64,000 nt of DNA from a virus. Taxonomy: Duplodnaviria; Caudoviricetes. This document shows, in pieces, positions 10,801 through 20,748 of the stretch. Each line of letters begins with the position of its first letter. Position 1 is the stretch's first letter. The notes below the pieces were generated by a model. That model saw only the letters and a list, made by a program, of their open reading frames with translations, was not told the DNA's origin and ran no database searches. The stretch is from the IMG/VR virus record IMGVR_UViG_3300028048_000057, positions 32,001 to 96,000 of that record, one strand, 5' to 3'. Made by a program: the position numbers and the translations under genes.

Positions 10801-13800
10801 CAAATTGCTTTTGATGTAAGAAAGTATAATCCAAGAGAAATAACTGAATCAAAACAAGATATTGAAAAGTTCAAACAATGGGCGGGAGAGAAACTTGCTA
10901 ATAGATTTTTTGCTATTAAAGATAGAATTAAAGATAATGATAAAGATATGAGAGATATCTATTGGTGGATGACTCAAGCAAATAAATTTTTTGGTGATGA
11001 TGAGCAAGTCCTAAAACAATTAAAAGATTTTGTTAAAGAACTTGAATCAATTCCAACAAAAAAAGAGAGAAATAAAAATGCTAGAGAAGGTTCAGAAAAA
11101 GTCTATGATGATGGAAGATGGTTAGTTTTAAAAATTAATACATATGAAGCATCTGTTAAATATGGTAAAGGTACTGAATGGTGTATTACAGGAACTAACT
11201 CAAGTGATGATGAAGGAAACGGTGGAAGATATGATTTTGGAAAACACTCTAAAGGTGCTCAAATTTATTTCTATATTGATAGAAGTAAAAATAATAAATA
11301 TGCTTTAGAATTTAAAGATTTACATAATTGGTGTTTGTGGAATGAATCAGATTGGGTTGAGTGTGGTGAAGGTAAATTATTTAAACAAGGATTAGATGTT
11401 CAATCAGGAGAGACTTGGAATGCTTATGACTCAGGAGGAAAGCATCCTAATTTTCCAAACATTCAAGGATTACCAGACTTAAATAAAGCATATGAGGATT
11501 TAGCAAAAGAACAAGGTTGGGATAAACCTATTATTTTAGAGGAAATTGAAAAAACATTTAAGTTCCCTAATACTCCTACAATGCAAAGAGCATTACAATC
11601 TTTAGAAAAAGATGGATATAAATTAGAAACAATCAGAATAGAAGATTTAGTTAAAGATAATAATCTTTTAGATAACAAAGAATTAGATTATCATAAAGCA
11701 ATTTGGGGACCAAATCCAGATGATTATAGAATGGATGATATGGAAATTGATTCATGGAATTTTAATGATGCAATGTCTTGTGTTAGAAAAGATAATAAGT
11801 TATTATTAAATAATGGTAAACATAGAACAAGAGCCCTTTATAATAGTGGATATGAATTTATAGAAATTCCTGTTTTAAGTGAATCACTAAATGAATCAAA
11901 CAAGGAGTTAGATTATATTCATGAAATGGATGGAGATTATGTGGACATGAAAGAACTTGAAAATGTCACATACAAACAATTAGTAGATAATGATTTAGTA
12001 ATTAATCCAACTAATAAGTTATATCATAGCACTCCTGCAAGCAATTTAGAAAGTATTAAACAAAATGGATTGAGAATAGATAATAAGAATTTATGGTCTA
12101 TGTCTAAATCAGGAAGGATTTATTTTGCACTAGACCCAGATGAATCTATAGAATATACAGAGTATGCATATCAATGGGGAGCCTCTAATGTAGAAGATGT
12201 TATTTTATTGGAAGTTCCTATTGATGCTTTAGATTTAAATAAACTTTATGTTGATACTAATGAAGATGAAAATGGATATTGTATTGAAGGAAAATTGTGT
12301 TTGATGTCTCTTGAATATAGAGATAATGTTCCAGCATCTAGTATTAAAATTGTAAAAATTATAAAAGAAGATGAAATGGATGAATCTCTCAAAGAAAAAA
12401 TAGTTAAGAAAGGAAATAAGTGGCAAGTTCAATCAGAAAAAGGAAAGAACTTAGGTACTTATGATACTAAGAAAGAAGCAGAAGATAGACTTAAACAAGT
12501 TCATTATTTTAAACATATGAATGAATTTATAGATGAAGTTCCAACAAAATATTCAGAAGAAACAATAACCGATGAATTAAGTGAAGTTAAAAGATTATTA
12601 AATAAAGGAAATGTTAGTTATAGAGGATGCTATGACACCAAGGATAATGTAGTTGGTTTAAGTGAATTAGAATTAGAGATTCATGATAATGTTGAAAGAG
12701 CAATGGTAAAGAATGGATACTCTTCTAATTTCTTACATAGATTTTTAGTTTTTGATAAAAAATATTATGATGAAAATAGTATTGATGATGAAGTAGATTA
12801 TTATGATATACCTCTAGAACAATATGAATATGATAATTTTTATTTAGTGTGGGTGGTTGAAAAAGGTAAATCATTTACTAAAACAGAATTGTATAATGTA
12901 TTAGGAAAACCTATTAAGAAATTGAGATACATAAAAGAATCATTTAAAGAAGATTTAAAAGACAATCAAGTTGTATATAACTTTGATAGAGAATTAAACT
13001 CTAATGAAGTACTTTTATATCATCAAACAAGTGAAGATAAATTAAAGAAAATTCTTAAAGATGGTTTTATAAAACATGATGTTTGGGCACAAGAGAATAT
13101 AGACACATGGAATTATGGAGGATATGCTATTGGATTTGCAATAGATAAAGATAGAGTGCATAAACCAAATGATATAGATAGAATAGTTTATGTAGATATC
13201 CCTAAAGAAGATTTTGTATGCATTCTTGATTCTAGAGGTAGAACTTCAATAGGTAAAGAGAAATTTAAAAGTGAATTTGAATTAGTAGAATCAAAGGAAG
13301 ATTTTGAAAAATTTAAAGTATGGTGTAATGATGATAACTTATATAATAGATTTATGAAGTTAAGAAACAGATTAAATGGACAAGAAAAAGATATCTATTA
13401 TTGGATGGGCCTTGAAAAGAAATATGGAAAACATGGGGCTATTCAAGAATTACTCATCACCCTTAGAGATTTAGAAAGAACACCTACTAGAAAAGAAAAA
13501 GATGAACTAGCCAAAGAAGGGTCTATACTTTTATATAATCAAAATGGTTGGAAAGTATATAAAATAGAAACTCAAGAAGCATCACAAAAATATGGTAAGA
13601 ATACCATGTGGTGCATTAGTGGTGAAGGTGGATATGATATAGGGGATGGTTTTTGGGAAGGACATGAAGACAATACTTACTTCTATATCCATGGAAATGA
13701 AAAGTATGCTTTGATTTGGCCTAAAGGAGCCAAAGTTTGGGATATTTGGAATGATGAGGATGAAATAATTCCTTATATACCTAATGCTCCTAAAGTAGAA

Positions 13801-14064
13801 GGGTTGCCAGATGTAAGTAAACTTCCAGACTTTATTACAACCAATGTTGCTAAGTTATACAACATAAGTGTAGATGATATTAAAGATGTAAAAAGTGCAT
13901 CTTATGATTCAGAGTTAATGGATTTATTCTTAGATTATGATTCTAAGCAAAATTATATAGTTGAGTTAAAAGATGGAACAACTAAATATTGTTATGTTAA
14001 AGAATTCACAGATTTCATTGATGTAACAGAAGAGATAGAAGAACTTATTGATGAATATTTATAG
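7846..14064 (+). CDS. Giant multi-domain (polyvalent-type) putative virion polyprotein, 2072 aa
   Basis: Three YILPNG-type repeats, two TxEASxKYGxxTxWC repeats, a ParB/Srx-like NGKHR module and two ART/Tpt1-fold-like LYHxT modules, separated by ESLxE-type linkers. Confidence 0.65.
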   Translation: MDIDSKSTNKNICKEDLTSDIELVSKSFGTSTQPFMGPSYILPNGKFLKIRNANINISSNGSGDRGLIIHLDVQKWLNKQHNKEVSNIDSIDLEEVCIRVNTDMVEHYIVLPKQRPNDNQFEALKDWIDFYFEKRNTNLTLVSYYGPTETYFVGTVAEDIIDDIKAYYTRGMYFESKSCTKDKPIVIKEDYTPTEEDFPFTLDDIENEFPDLFSSNFESCGNAFITPDGRFILSGKRFDMHADFSWQCLMNIAGKTEQEIETEWDTSKLLDAFTKYFDLVRVNDGSNKGSEERVYFVIPKNRLSRGQYDALLSWLDYILENKFSKKIYDIQAFVGNNYAHKRWDISNDITSDEIMEDVEGALIRGYFTESLKEEVSESDQEILNILDETFGQGDRIVDWSTYILPNGHCLDFWSDCINDKYLSDSPEEWFTEDEGEHARCWEFMNAMWPDKFESSIECEEFMDKYCIKVNINYPYASLATNNVTSQQWNSLEKIMNCLLEHPIDYYWMECPNDEKGMVSILTKKGDTWLNLFELGLEEFMKEVKEGYTRGFFENLDEYFDEVGFEETNEEFPVFASDEPYRIKTLITKGDKAYRIYYDKSTGTFYLQDAFGNRTHGDMLDLAKENGWITDQSSLGKYLDTDWDGYMVFIPFNYDKELRWHTRIGEDDYYDCRVYPYGVMFVRDDKAYENPLFSALGEPEREIHYKESNETITISVGDKSYDLDVWDDLGAEPNDAISLDLDSLGKKKKDHNKFEYVLDMVKSLGFKVANSERRYEQKEYINFANRFYDEYQLVRDIDKDEPWTLKDEEGNVLNDSLDFNDSDNWNVISSLQDAKDDGIDDIDDDLLDLDDLDYDDIERESLDEGVDKYYRLELEDPWGGRSGLILGAFEMIPTKETIEEFPEDFEELTDDERRTYYEIDRIISKLSEIKCPAVNSKNIFAFTKEAYNKYKEDIKYLQELVSKIGMKVIINEVDVDDLDIEYKDDDQIAFDVRKYNPREITESKQDIEKFKQWAGEKLANRFFAIKDRIKDNDKDMRDIYWWMTQANKFFGDDEQVLKQLKDFVKELESIPTKKERNKNAREGSEKVYDDGRWLVLKINTYEASVKYGKGTEWCITGTNSSDDEGNGGRYDFGKHSKGAQIYFYIDRSKNNKYALEFKDLHNWCLWNESDWVECGEGKLFKQGLDVQSGETWNAYDSGGKHPNFPNIQGLPDLNKAYEDLAKEQGWDKPIILEEIEKTFKFPNTPTMQRALQSLEKDGYKLETIRIEDLVKDNNLLDNKELDYHKAIWGPNPDDYRMDDMEIDSWNFNDAMSCVRKDNKLLLNNGKHRTRALYNSGYEFIEIPVLSESLNESNKELDYIHEMDGDYVDMKELENVTYKQLVDNDLVINPTNKLYHSTPASNLESIKQNGLRIDNKNLWSMSKSGRIYFALDPDESIEYTEYAYQWGASNVEDVILLEVPIDALDLNKLYVDTNEDENGYCIEGKLCLMSLEYRDNVPASSIKIVKIIKEDEMDESLKEKIVKKGNKWQVQSEKGKNLGTYDTKKEAEDRLKQVHYFKHMNEFIDEVPTKYSEETITDELSEVKRLLNKGNVSYRGCYDTKDNVVGLSELELEIHDNVERAMVKNGYSSNFLHRFLVFDKKYYDENSIDDEVDYYDIPLEQYEYDNFYLVWVVEKGKSFTKTELYNVLGKPIKKLRYIKESFKEDLKDNQVVYNFDRELNSNEVLLYHQTSEDKLKKILKDGFIKHDVWAQENIDTWNYGGYAIGFAIDKDRVHKPNDIDRIVYVDIPKEDFVCILDSRGRTSIGKEKFKSEFELVESKEDFEKFKVWCNDDNLYNRFMKLRNRLNGQEKDIYYWMGLEKKYGKHGAIQELLITLRDLERTPTRKEKDELAKEGSILLYNQNGWKVYKIETQEASQKYGKNTMWCISGEGGYDIGDGFWEGHEDNTYFYIHGNEKYALIWPKGAKVWDIWNDEDEIIPYIPNAPKVEGLPDVSKLPDFITTNVAKLYNISVDDIKDVKSASYDSELMDLFLDYDSKQNYIVELKDGTTKYCYVKEFTDFIDVTEEIEELIDEYL

Positions 14065-14150
14065 AATAAACTATTGATTATTGGTAGGTTTTGATTTACA
14101 ATATTATTGCTAAATTTAGAGAAGATTTACATTAACAAGGAGAATTCCAA

Positions 14151-16085
14151 ATGAGTGTTAGAAAATTATTAGAAGATTTAGACATTGAAAATATAGATGA
14201 TGAAATAATTGTAGATGACAATATGGATGTTGTTGATGACATCAAAGATAGATTAATTGTTACAGATGAAGAAGGTAATCTAGTTTCAGCACATGTATAT
14301 GCTAATACAATTTTGATTACTTATGAATTAACAGAAGAAGAATTAATTAAATTACTTAAAGAGAGTGGAGAATACTTTAAATTCTTTACTTTTACTTTAG
14401 AAGGTGTAGATGAATTAGTTATAGGTAATGAACTTTGTACTATTGAAGATATTAAAGAAGAATTTTTATCCTCTTTAGAAGATGGAGAAGAATTAGAATT
14501 TGATGTTGTTGAAATCAAAGATGAGGGTGAAGATGAACAACCAAAAGCAGAGGAACAAGAACTTACAGAATCCATGAAGAGTGAAGTTACTAAATGGTGG
14601 AAAGATGTAGAAGATGCTAACATTGCCATGAAGTGGGGATTTAGAATTGACAATGAAGGTTGTGATGAAGAAGAGATGCATGCAGCAATGTTTGATATGT
14701 TAGATGAACTTAAAGAAGTTGGTGCTTTTGAATTGTTTAATAGTGGTAAAAAGATTTACAATAAATATGCTAAATACTCCAAATATAATGAATCCATTAT
14801 TGAAGGTTGGGGTGAAGATGGAAAAGACTACATTTACTATTGTGTAAGTGATGGTATGAACCCAAGAAATTCTATTATTTTACCTAATAGTGAAGATGCT
14901 AGAGAAAGAGCAATTCAAATTGCAAAAGATAATCAACCAAAATATAAATATGTTTCTATGTTTAAAAATGGGGAAGAAATTGTTATTTGGAATGCGGAAG
15001 ACTTTGACCCAAGCATTAATAATATGCATGTTGAAAACTTAAAAGAATGTAAAGTTAAAGTTAGTGCATTGCATGATGATGGTTCTTTAGCACATGAAGA
15101 AGTGGTTGAAATTGAAGGCCCTTATGATAGTGGTAAAATTCTTACAAAGTTTTTTGAAAAGAATCCAGAGTATAAACAATCAATGTTATCATTAGACTTT
15201 ATTGAAGAATCTATTAAAGAAGAAGTTAAAGAAGGACCAAGTGATATTTTTGGTTATATTAATGGTGATTTAGAATCATTTGACCCAAAAGCATTTATAG
15301 ATAAAGTTAAAGCAAGAAAAACTTCTTTACATACAAATAGAATAATTAAAGATACAGACAATTTAAAGATTTGTCATCATATTGTTTGTGAAACTTTAGG
15401 TTGGGGTGATGAACCAAGGGTTTATATTGATGTAGTTGAAGAAACTTGGACAAGAAACCCAGGTGATGCAGATGACATCAATTCTTATTCAGGAGAAGAA
15501 ACCCAAGATAGAATTTTAATGAAGAATTGTGGTAAAGGTGAAGAGGGATTTGCTAAGGCCATTGAAGTATTAGAACAATATAAAAAAGATACTTTAGGTA
15601 AGAATGAATCTTTACAAGAAGATAGAAAAAATCCTACTCCAGTTGAATTTAGAGAAAGAATTTCAAAAATCAAAACCTATCAAGAACTCAAAGATTATTT
15701 AAATGAATATCCAGAACTTTATTTAGATAGCAATGGTGTTGATGAATTATCAGTTTGGACTACTCTTGATGATGGAGAAATGGCTGGTGATATTATTGCT
15801 AATGTTGACCAATTCTTTGATGATTGGTATAAAGAACATCATTGTGATGAATCTTTAAATGAAAGTGGCTCTCATGAAGAAAATATTTCTAAAATTAGAA
15901 CTTATGGTGAATTAAATAGATACTTAGAAAAACATCCAGAATTAATACTAAAAAGTCCAGGAAAAGGTGTTTTAAATGTATTTAAGAAAGATGAAGATGG
16001 AGTTGAAGAATTTGTTTGTGATGTTAGCAAATTCTATAGAGCCTTTAGAAAAGAAGCAGATAAAGCAGATATAAGAATTAAATAA
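14151..16085 (+). CDS. Acidic multi-module putative internal head protein
   Basis: ESIIE/ENLKE/ESIKE/ESLQE/ESLNE linkers; duplicated C-terminal ISKIxTYxELxxYLxxxPEL module. Confidence 0.6.
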   Translation: MSVRKLLEDLDIENIDDEIIVDDNMDVVDDIKDRLIVTDEEGNLVSAHVYANTILITYELTEEELIKLLKESGEYFKFFTFTLEGVDELVIGNELCTIEDIKEEFLSSLEDGEELEFDVVEIKDEGEDEQPKAEEQELTESMKSEVTKWWKDVEDANIAMKWGFRIDNEGCDEEEMHAAMFDMLDELKEVGAFELFNSGKKIYNKYAKYSKYNESIIEGWGEDGKDYIYYCVSDGMNPRNSIILPNSEDARERAIQIAKDNQPKYKYVSMFKNGEEIVIWNAEDFDPSINNMHVENLKECKVKVSALHDDGSLAHEEVVEIEGPYDSGKILTKFFEKNPEYKQSMLSLDFIEESIKEEVKEGPSDIFGYINGDLESFDPKAFIDKVKARKTSLHTNRIIKDTDNLKICHHIVCETLGWGDEPRVYIDVVEETWTRNPGDADDINSYSGEETQDRILMKNCGKGEEGFAKAIEVLEQYKKDTLGKNESLQEDRKNPTPVEFRERISKIKTYQELKDYLNEYPELYLDSNGVDELSVWTTLDDGEMAGDIIANVDQFFDDWYKEHHCDESLNESGSHEENISKIRTYGELNRYLEKHPELILKSPGKGVLNVFKKDEDGVEEFVCDVSKFYRAFRKEADKADIRIK

Positions 16086-16092
16086 TTAATTT

Positions 16093-18708
16093 ATGAATTG
16101 GAATGATTTTTTAGTAAAAGGATATAAAGAATTAGATAATGCCCACTTACATTTTAATGTTGAAGGTGGGACTTTTGAATTTGATAATGATAGAGATGCT
16201 AGACAAGGTGCAACAATCTTAGGAAGACTCTATGGTTTTGATAATGTCATTCAAAGTGGATGGAATGTTATAGTTTCTTTTCCTGATGATGTTGATGAAA
16301 ATTTAATTAAAAAGTTAACTGAAGATTTAATTGTAATTGAACCTTATGAGGCTAAGGAAAAGTTAGCAAATCTAAAGCATCAAATTGAAAATGAAGATAC
16401 ACCAGAGAACAAAGAATCTTTAATGACATTAATGGATATTTATTTATTTCAAACATATAAACCTTCAGATAAGGAAGAGTCCAATATTACAGATGCAGAA
16501 TGGGAAGAATATTCTAAATTTTTAAATAGTGAGAAAGAAAAATATCAAAAGCATCTTAAGGAATCTAATTCAGAAACAATAGAATTATACTATGATAAAC
16601 TACCTATCAAAACTAGGTATAAGGTATTTAATGCTACTGAAATATCTCCAGAAGAGTGGGACTATAAAGAAGGATATGATTCTTGGACTTATGAAGTAGA
16701 TAAAGATTATGTTATAGATGTCTTATATGATACTATATTAGATGAAAAAGAATTTGAAAATTATTCAGAAGAAGAATTAGTAAAATACATTAATGATAAT
16801 TTTGATGACTTATTGGATAAATATTACAAAGAGGTTTTAAAATATTTTGAAGATAGTGCCATTGAAGATTATGAAGAACATAAGCGTGATGAAGATGATT
16901 GGGATGATTATAGAGAATCTTTAAATGAAGATTTAAAATCTAAGTTAGAGAAAAAGTTATCTGAAGACATGGATAATTTACCAGGAGTCTATTATGTAGT
17001 TAAATCAGATATGACTAAAAAAGGATATGGTGCACTAAGAAATATTCTGTATAGAGATGTAAATAAAGAAAAGGCATTAAAGAATTTAAAATTACATAGA
17101 CAACTTAATAAGGATAACCAAAATGTAAAGGTGTTTTTAGTATATAATAATAAAATACTAGATGAAGATATTGAAGATAGAGAAAATACTATTTTACAAG
17201 TTGTTAAAGAACATGTTGATGAATTATTGTCTTCAATGAAAGATTCACCAGTAGTAAGAAAAAGAAAAGGATGGGAAGAATGTTCTTTTGGTTATAAATT
17301 ACCAAATAGAAATATTAATATTACATATGGTTATAAGAAAGATAATAAGGTATTATTTAAAGTTGAATTCTATTCATCAAAACCTAAATATCTTGTTGCA
17401 AGTCCACAATACTATTGGTTAGTTTATAATAAAGACACAAAAGATTTACATTTTATTGATGGCCTTCAAAATTTAGAATATGAAGGATTAGAAGAAGATA
17501 TTGAAAAACACGATACTTTAAATCCTAAATTATTTGATAATAATGAATTAAAACCAGAAGTAAAAGAAGCACTTTTAAAAGTAGTAGATGCTTTTGTAGA
17601 AGATTTAAAAGATAGTGAAATAGATATTAAAGTTAAAGATGTTGTTGTAATAGGAAGCAATGTAAATTATAATTATAATAAAGATAGTGATATTGATTTA
17701 CACATTATTGCAGATTCAGACATTTCTCAATATCCAGGTGAATTATTAACTTTATTGTACAGTGCATATAGAAGTATATTCAATAAAAATTATGATATTA
17801 CAATTAAAGGAATTCCATGTGAAGTATATGTTGAATTAGATGAATTACATGGAACTAGTAATGGTGTTTATTCACTATATAATGGTTGGTTAAAAGAACC
17901 AGAGCAAAAGAATATTCCAGATATTGATATGGATACTTTTAATAAATTATTTGATGAGTGGGAAGATAAGTATTTTGCATTGTTAGATGAGATAGGAATT
18001 ACTCCAGAAGAAATGCTTGCTCTAAACGAGAGAGAAGAAGATAAAGAAGCAAGTGAAAAGGTATATAATTTTATTGAAGATATTTATGACCTTAGAAAAG
18101 AATCAATTGCTCAAGAAGGTGAATTTGGTTTAGGTAATCTTGTATTTAAAGAATTTAGAAACCTTGGATACTTAGATGCTTTAAAACAATTAACTAAAAT
18201 TCTAAAGGGAAAAGAATTATCTTTAGAAAATATAAATGAAGATTTCTCACAAGATACTTTAGAATCTATATACAAATATACACTAGATAATGATGGTGGG
18301 ACTTTTGATTTAAGAAGTGGTAAAAGCCTTTCAGGAAATGATAGCATGAAAAATGTCTATAGTGTTGAATTCAAAAGTCATGATTGGAGAAAAAGAATAG
18401 GCCAAGTAGATAAACAAGAAGTATTAAATGCTATTGAATCATTATTAAGAAGTGATAGTGTTAAAGATGCAGATGCTATCGGTACTTGGAGTAGTGGAGA
18501 AAATGAAAGACCACAATCAAGTATAGGATTAAATAAAATCTTTAAAGATAGAGAAGAAGCAGAAAAATTTGCTTTAGACCATAATCAAAAGGCTATAGGT
18601 GAATTCAATAGTAATGGAGAATATGAAGAAACTATCTATAGAAAAGACTTTAAATATAAACCTCATAAAGAAGATGAGCCAAAAGAGCAAGACAAAGAAG
18701 AGAAATAA
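16093..18708 (+). CDS. Multi-module protein with Pol-beta superfamily nucleotidyltransferase domain
   Basis: GSNVNYNYNKDSDIDLH (GS...DxD) at about 17653-17703; ESLNE and LxE linkers. Confidence 0.7.
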   Translation: MNWNDFLVKGYKELDNAHLHFNVEGGTFEFDNDRDARQGATILGRLYGFDNVIQSGWNVIVSFPDDVDENLIKKLTEDLIVIEPYEAKEKLANLKHQIENEDTPENKESLMTLMDIYLFQTYKPSDKEESNITDAEWEEYSKFLNSEKEKYQKHLKESNSETIELYYDKLPIKTRYKVFNATEISPEEWDYKEGYDSWTYEVDKDYVIDVLYDTILDEKEFENYSEEELVKYINDNFDDLLDKYYKEVLKYFEDSAIEDYEEHKRDEDDWDDYRESLNEDLKSKLEKKLSEDMDNLPGVYYVVKSDMTKKGYGALRNILYRDVNKEKALKNLKLHRQLNKDNQNVKVFLVYNNKILDEDIEDRENTILQVVKEHVDELLSSMKDSPVVRKRKGWEECSFGYKLPNRNINITYGYKKDNKVLFKVEFYSSKPKYLVASPQYYWLVYNKDTKDLHFIDGLQNLEYEGLEEDIEKHDTLNPKLFDNNELKPEVKEALLKVVDAFVEDLKDSEIDIKVKDVVVIGSNVNYNYNKDSDIDLHIIADSDISQYPGELLTLLYSAYRSIFNKNYDITIKGIPCEVYVELDELHGTSNGVYSLYNGWLKEPEQKNIPDIDMDTFNKLFDEWEDKYFALLDEIGITPEEMLALNEREEDKEASEKVYNFIEDIYDLRKESIAQEGEFGLGNLVFKEFRNLGYLDALKQLTKILKGKELSLENINEDFSQDTLESIYKYTLDNDGGTFDLRSGKSLSGNDSMKNVYSVEFKSHDWRKRIGQVDKQEVLNAIESLLRSDSVKDADAIGTWSSGENERPQSSIGLNKIFKDREEAEKFALDHNQKAIGEFNSNGEYEETIYRKDFKYKPHKEDEPKEQDKEEK

Positions 18709-18760
18709 CTTGCTAAATTTATTGATAAAGTTATAATATAAATTAGGAGATTAGATAGAT

Positions 18761-19501
18761 ATGGCAATGAGTGTTAAAGACTTAGCCAAGTGGCTTAAAC
18801 AAGAAGTAGAATTCTTAAAAGAAAACCAAGATTATGTTGGTGGTTGGATTCAATTAGGTAATGGTCTTGCTGCAGTTGTTTTATGGACTCCAGGTTGGGG
18901 TGATGAAAAAAGAGATGATTGCATTCAAGCAGAAGATAACCCAGATTATGCATTGTGTGCAGGAATTAAAATCTACAATCCACATGATACACCAGATGGT
19001 TGGTTAATGCTTAGTGATAAAGAAGGAAATATTGTTACAGAAGAAAGTGGTATTTCACCAAAAGAAGATTATGAAGCAGAAGCAAAATGGTTATTAGATG
19101 ATTTTGCTAAAGTTGAAACTGTTGATTATGATGAAGATGGTGTTATTACAAGTGAAATTGAAGAACCTAAGAAAGAAGAAGAATCTTTAAAAGAATCAAA
19201 AGGTGATTATTTAGATTCTAAATATAAAAAGATTATTGGTGAATATTTTGATTACACAGGTGACTTTGAATTCTTAGATATTGTTGCTGATGTTATTTCA
19301 AGAATTGATGATTTTGGGGATGAAGAAGATATTTGGAGAGCCATTGATGATGCATTAATTTATAATGATGACCAATGGACCATTGCTCAATTCTATGCTT
19401 CAAGTCCTAGTGAATGTGATTGGGATTCCATTATTTCAGATTTTGATGGTGATATCCACTCAATTTGTGATTTAATTATTAGTTCAGGAGATGAAGAATA
19501 A
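18761..19501 (+). CDS. Two-module acidic protein; C-terminal module possibly Ocr-like
   Basis: ESLKE linker; IWRAIDDALIYNDD in a very acidic helical domain. Confidence 0.5.
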   Translation: MAMSVKDLAKWLKQEVEFLKENQDYVGGWIQLGNGLAAVVLWTPGWGDEKRDDCIQAEDNPDYALCAGIKIYNPHDTPDGWLMLSDKEGNIVTEESGISPKEDYEAEAKWLLDDFAKVETVDYDEDGVITSEIEEPKKEEESLKESKGDYLDSKYKKIIGEYFDYTGDFEFLDIVADVISRIDDFGDEEDIWRAIDDALIYNDDQWTIAQFYASSPSECDWDSIISDFDGDIHSICDLIISSGDEE

Positions 19502-19878
19502 TGGCTAGAGAAAAACAAAGAATTTTTAAAGAATCACTTTCTCCTAAACTTCCTAATAAAAAAGTGAATGAAAGTGCTTCTAGTTTAGAAGAAGGTAAGA
19601 AACATCAATTTTTAGGTTTAATGGTTGGTAGAGATGCTTATGCTCCTACGGAAGTTGGAACCATGACAGTTGAAGAACTCATTGAAGAATTACAAACATA
19701 TGACATGAGTCTTAAAGTAGTCTTTGTCAATGATGGTGGATATACTTATGGAGGTATCTCTTCATCAGATATTAGGGAATTCTCATATGAAGATGATGAC
19801 GATGAGGATATTGAAGAATCTAAAGAAAAAGGTCACATGAAGTTTAAACCAGAGAGAAAACCTTCAATTAAAAAGTAA
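19501..19878 (+). CDS. Hypothetical protein with LxE-flanked central module
   Basis: AGGAG RBS; MTVEELIEELQTYD module. Confidence 0.6.
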   Translation: MAREKQRIFKESLSPKLPNKKVNESASSLEEGKKHQFLGLMVGRDAYAPTEVGTMTVEELIEELQTYDMSLKVVFVNDGGYTYGGISSSDIREFSYEDDDDEDIEESKEKGHMKFKPERKPSIKK

Positions 19879-19896
19879 ATTAATTCAATAAATAAA

Positions 19897-19925
19897 AAGA
19901 GAGCCCATAAATATGGGTTTTTCTT
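19897..19925 (+). terminator. Intrinsic terminator
   Basis: AAGAGAGCCCAT-AAAT-ATGGGTTTTTCTT. Confidence 0.75.
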
Positions 19926-19990
19926 ATATATTAAGAATTAGTGCTAAATTTAATGATAAAAATAAAGATTAATGTGAGGACTATCTATAG

Positions 19991-20701
19991 ATGAAATTAA
20001 GTGAATATATTGAGGATATCAAACTTGTACTCACAGGTGGAGTTTTAAGGTTAGAAATAAGTGATGACACTATTGGAAAGTTAATCTTAAAGGCCTTTTC
20101 TGAAGTTCAAAGATATATTGATGAAACAAGATTTATTCAAGTTCCTTATGCTTCTTGTATTGATTTAAAAGATTTTAAACATAGTTCTATCACAAATGTA
20201 TATAGAACTAAGGGAACAGGAATTGACACTTCTTCAGATATGAATGCTTTGAATGACCCTATGTATTTTCAAATGTGGGCTTCATATGGTTTTGGAGGAA
20301 TGTATAATTTAAATGAGTTCATATTGAATTATGGTGCTTTCAATACAATAGAACAAATTAGAAATACTCAAACAACAGACCTTAAATTTATTGAAGATAA
20401 ACAAGGTGATAAATTATATATCAACTCTTCAATAGATACACCAATAGAAATTGTAATAGAGTATGTTCCAAAATTTGATGATGTGGATGAAGTTAAGAGT
20501 GATTATTGGATTGATATTTTAAAAAGATTATCCTTAGCACATGTTAAAGCAACTTTAGGATATATAAGAACTAGAATGAAAGTTAATAATCAACCTTATA
20601 CTGATGATGGTGAAGAGATGAGAAGAGAAGGTTTAGAAGAAATTGCACAACTAGAAGAAACCTTAAGAGTGAATTCTCAACTCATATATCCAGTAGATTA
20701 G
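19991..20701 (+). CDS. Neck/head-tail adaptor, T4 gp13-like
   Basis: N-terminal YIEDIKLVLTGGVLRLEISDDTI pattern, size, C-terminal DGEEMRREGLEEI. Confidence 0.65.
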   Translation: MKLSEYIEDIKLVLTGGVLRLEISDDTIGKLILKAFSEVQRYIDETRFIQVPYASCIDLKDFKHSSITNVYRTKGTGIDTSSDMNALNDPMYFQMWASYGFGGMYNLNEFILNYGAFNTIEQIRNTQTTDLKFIEDKQGDKLYINSSIDTPIEIVIEYVPKFDDVDEVKSDYWIDILKRLSLAHVKATLGYIRTRMKVNNQPYTDDGEEMRREGLEEIAQLEETLRVNSQLIYPVD

Positions 20702-20748
20702 GTTGATGTATAATAAATAAGATGTTATAAATTAGGAGAATTTATAAA

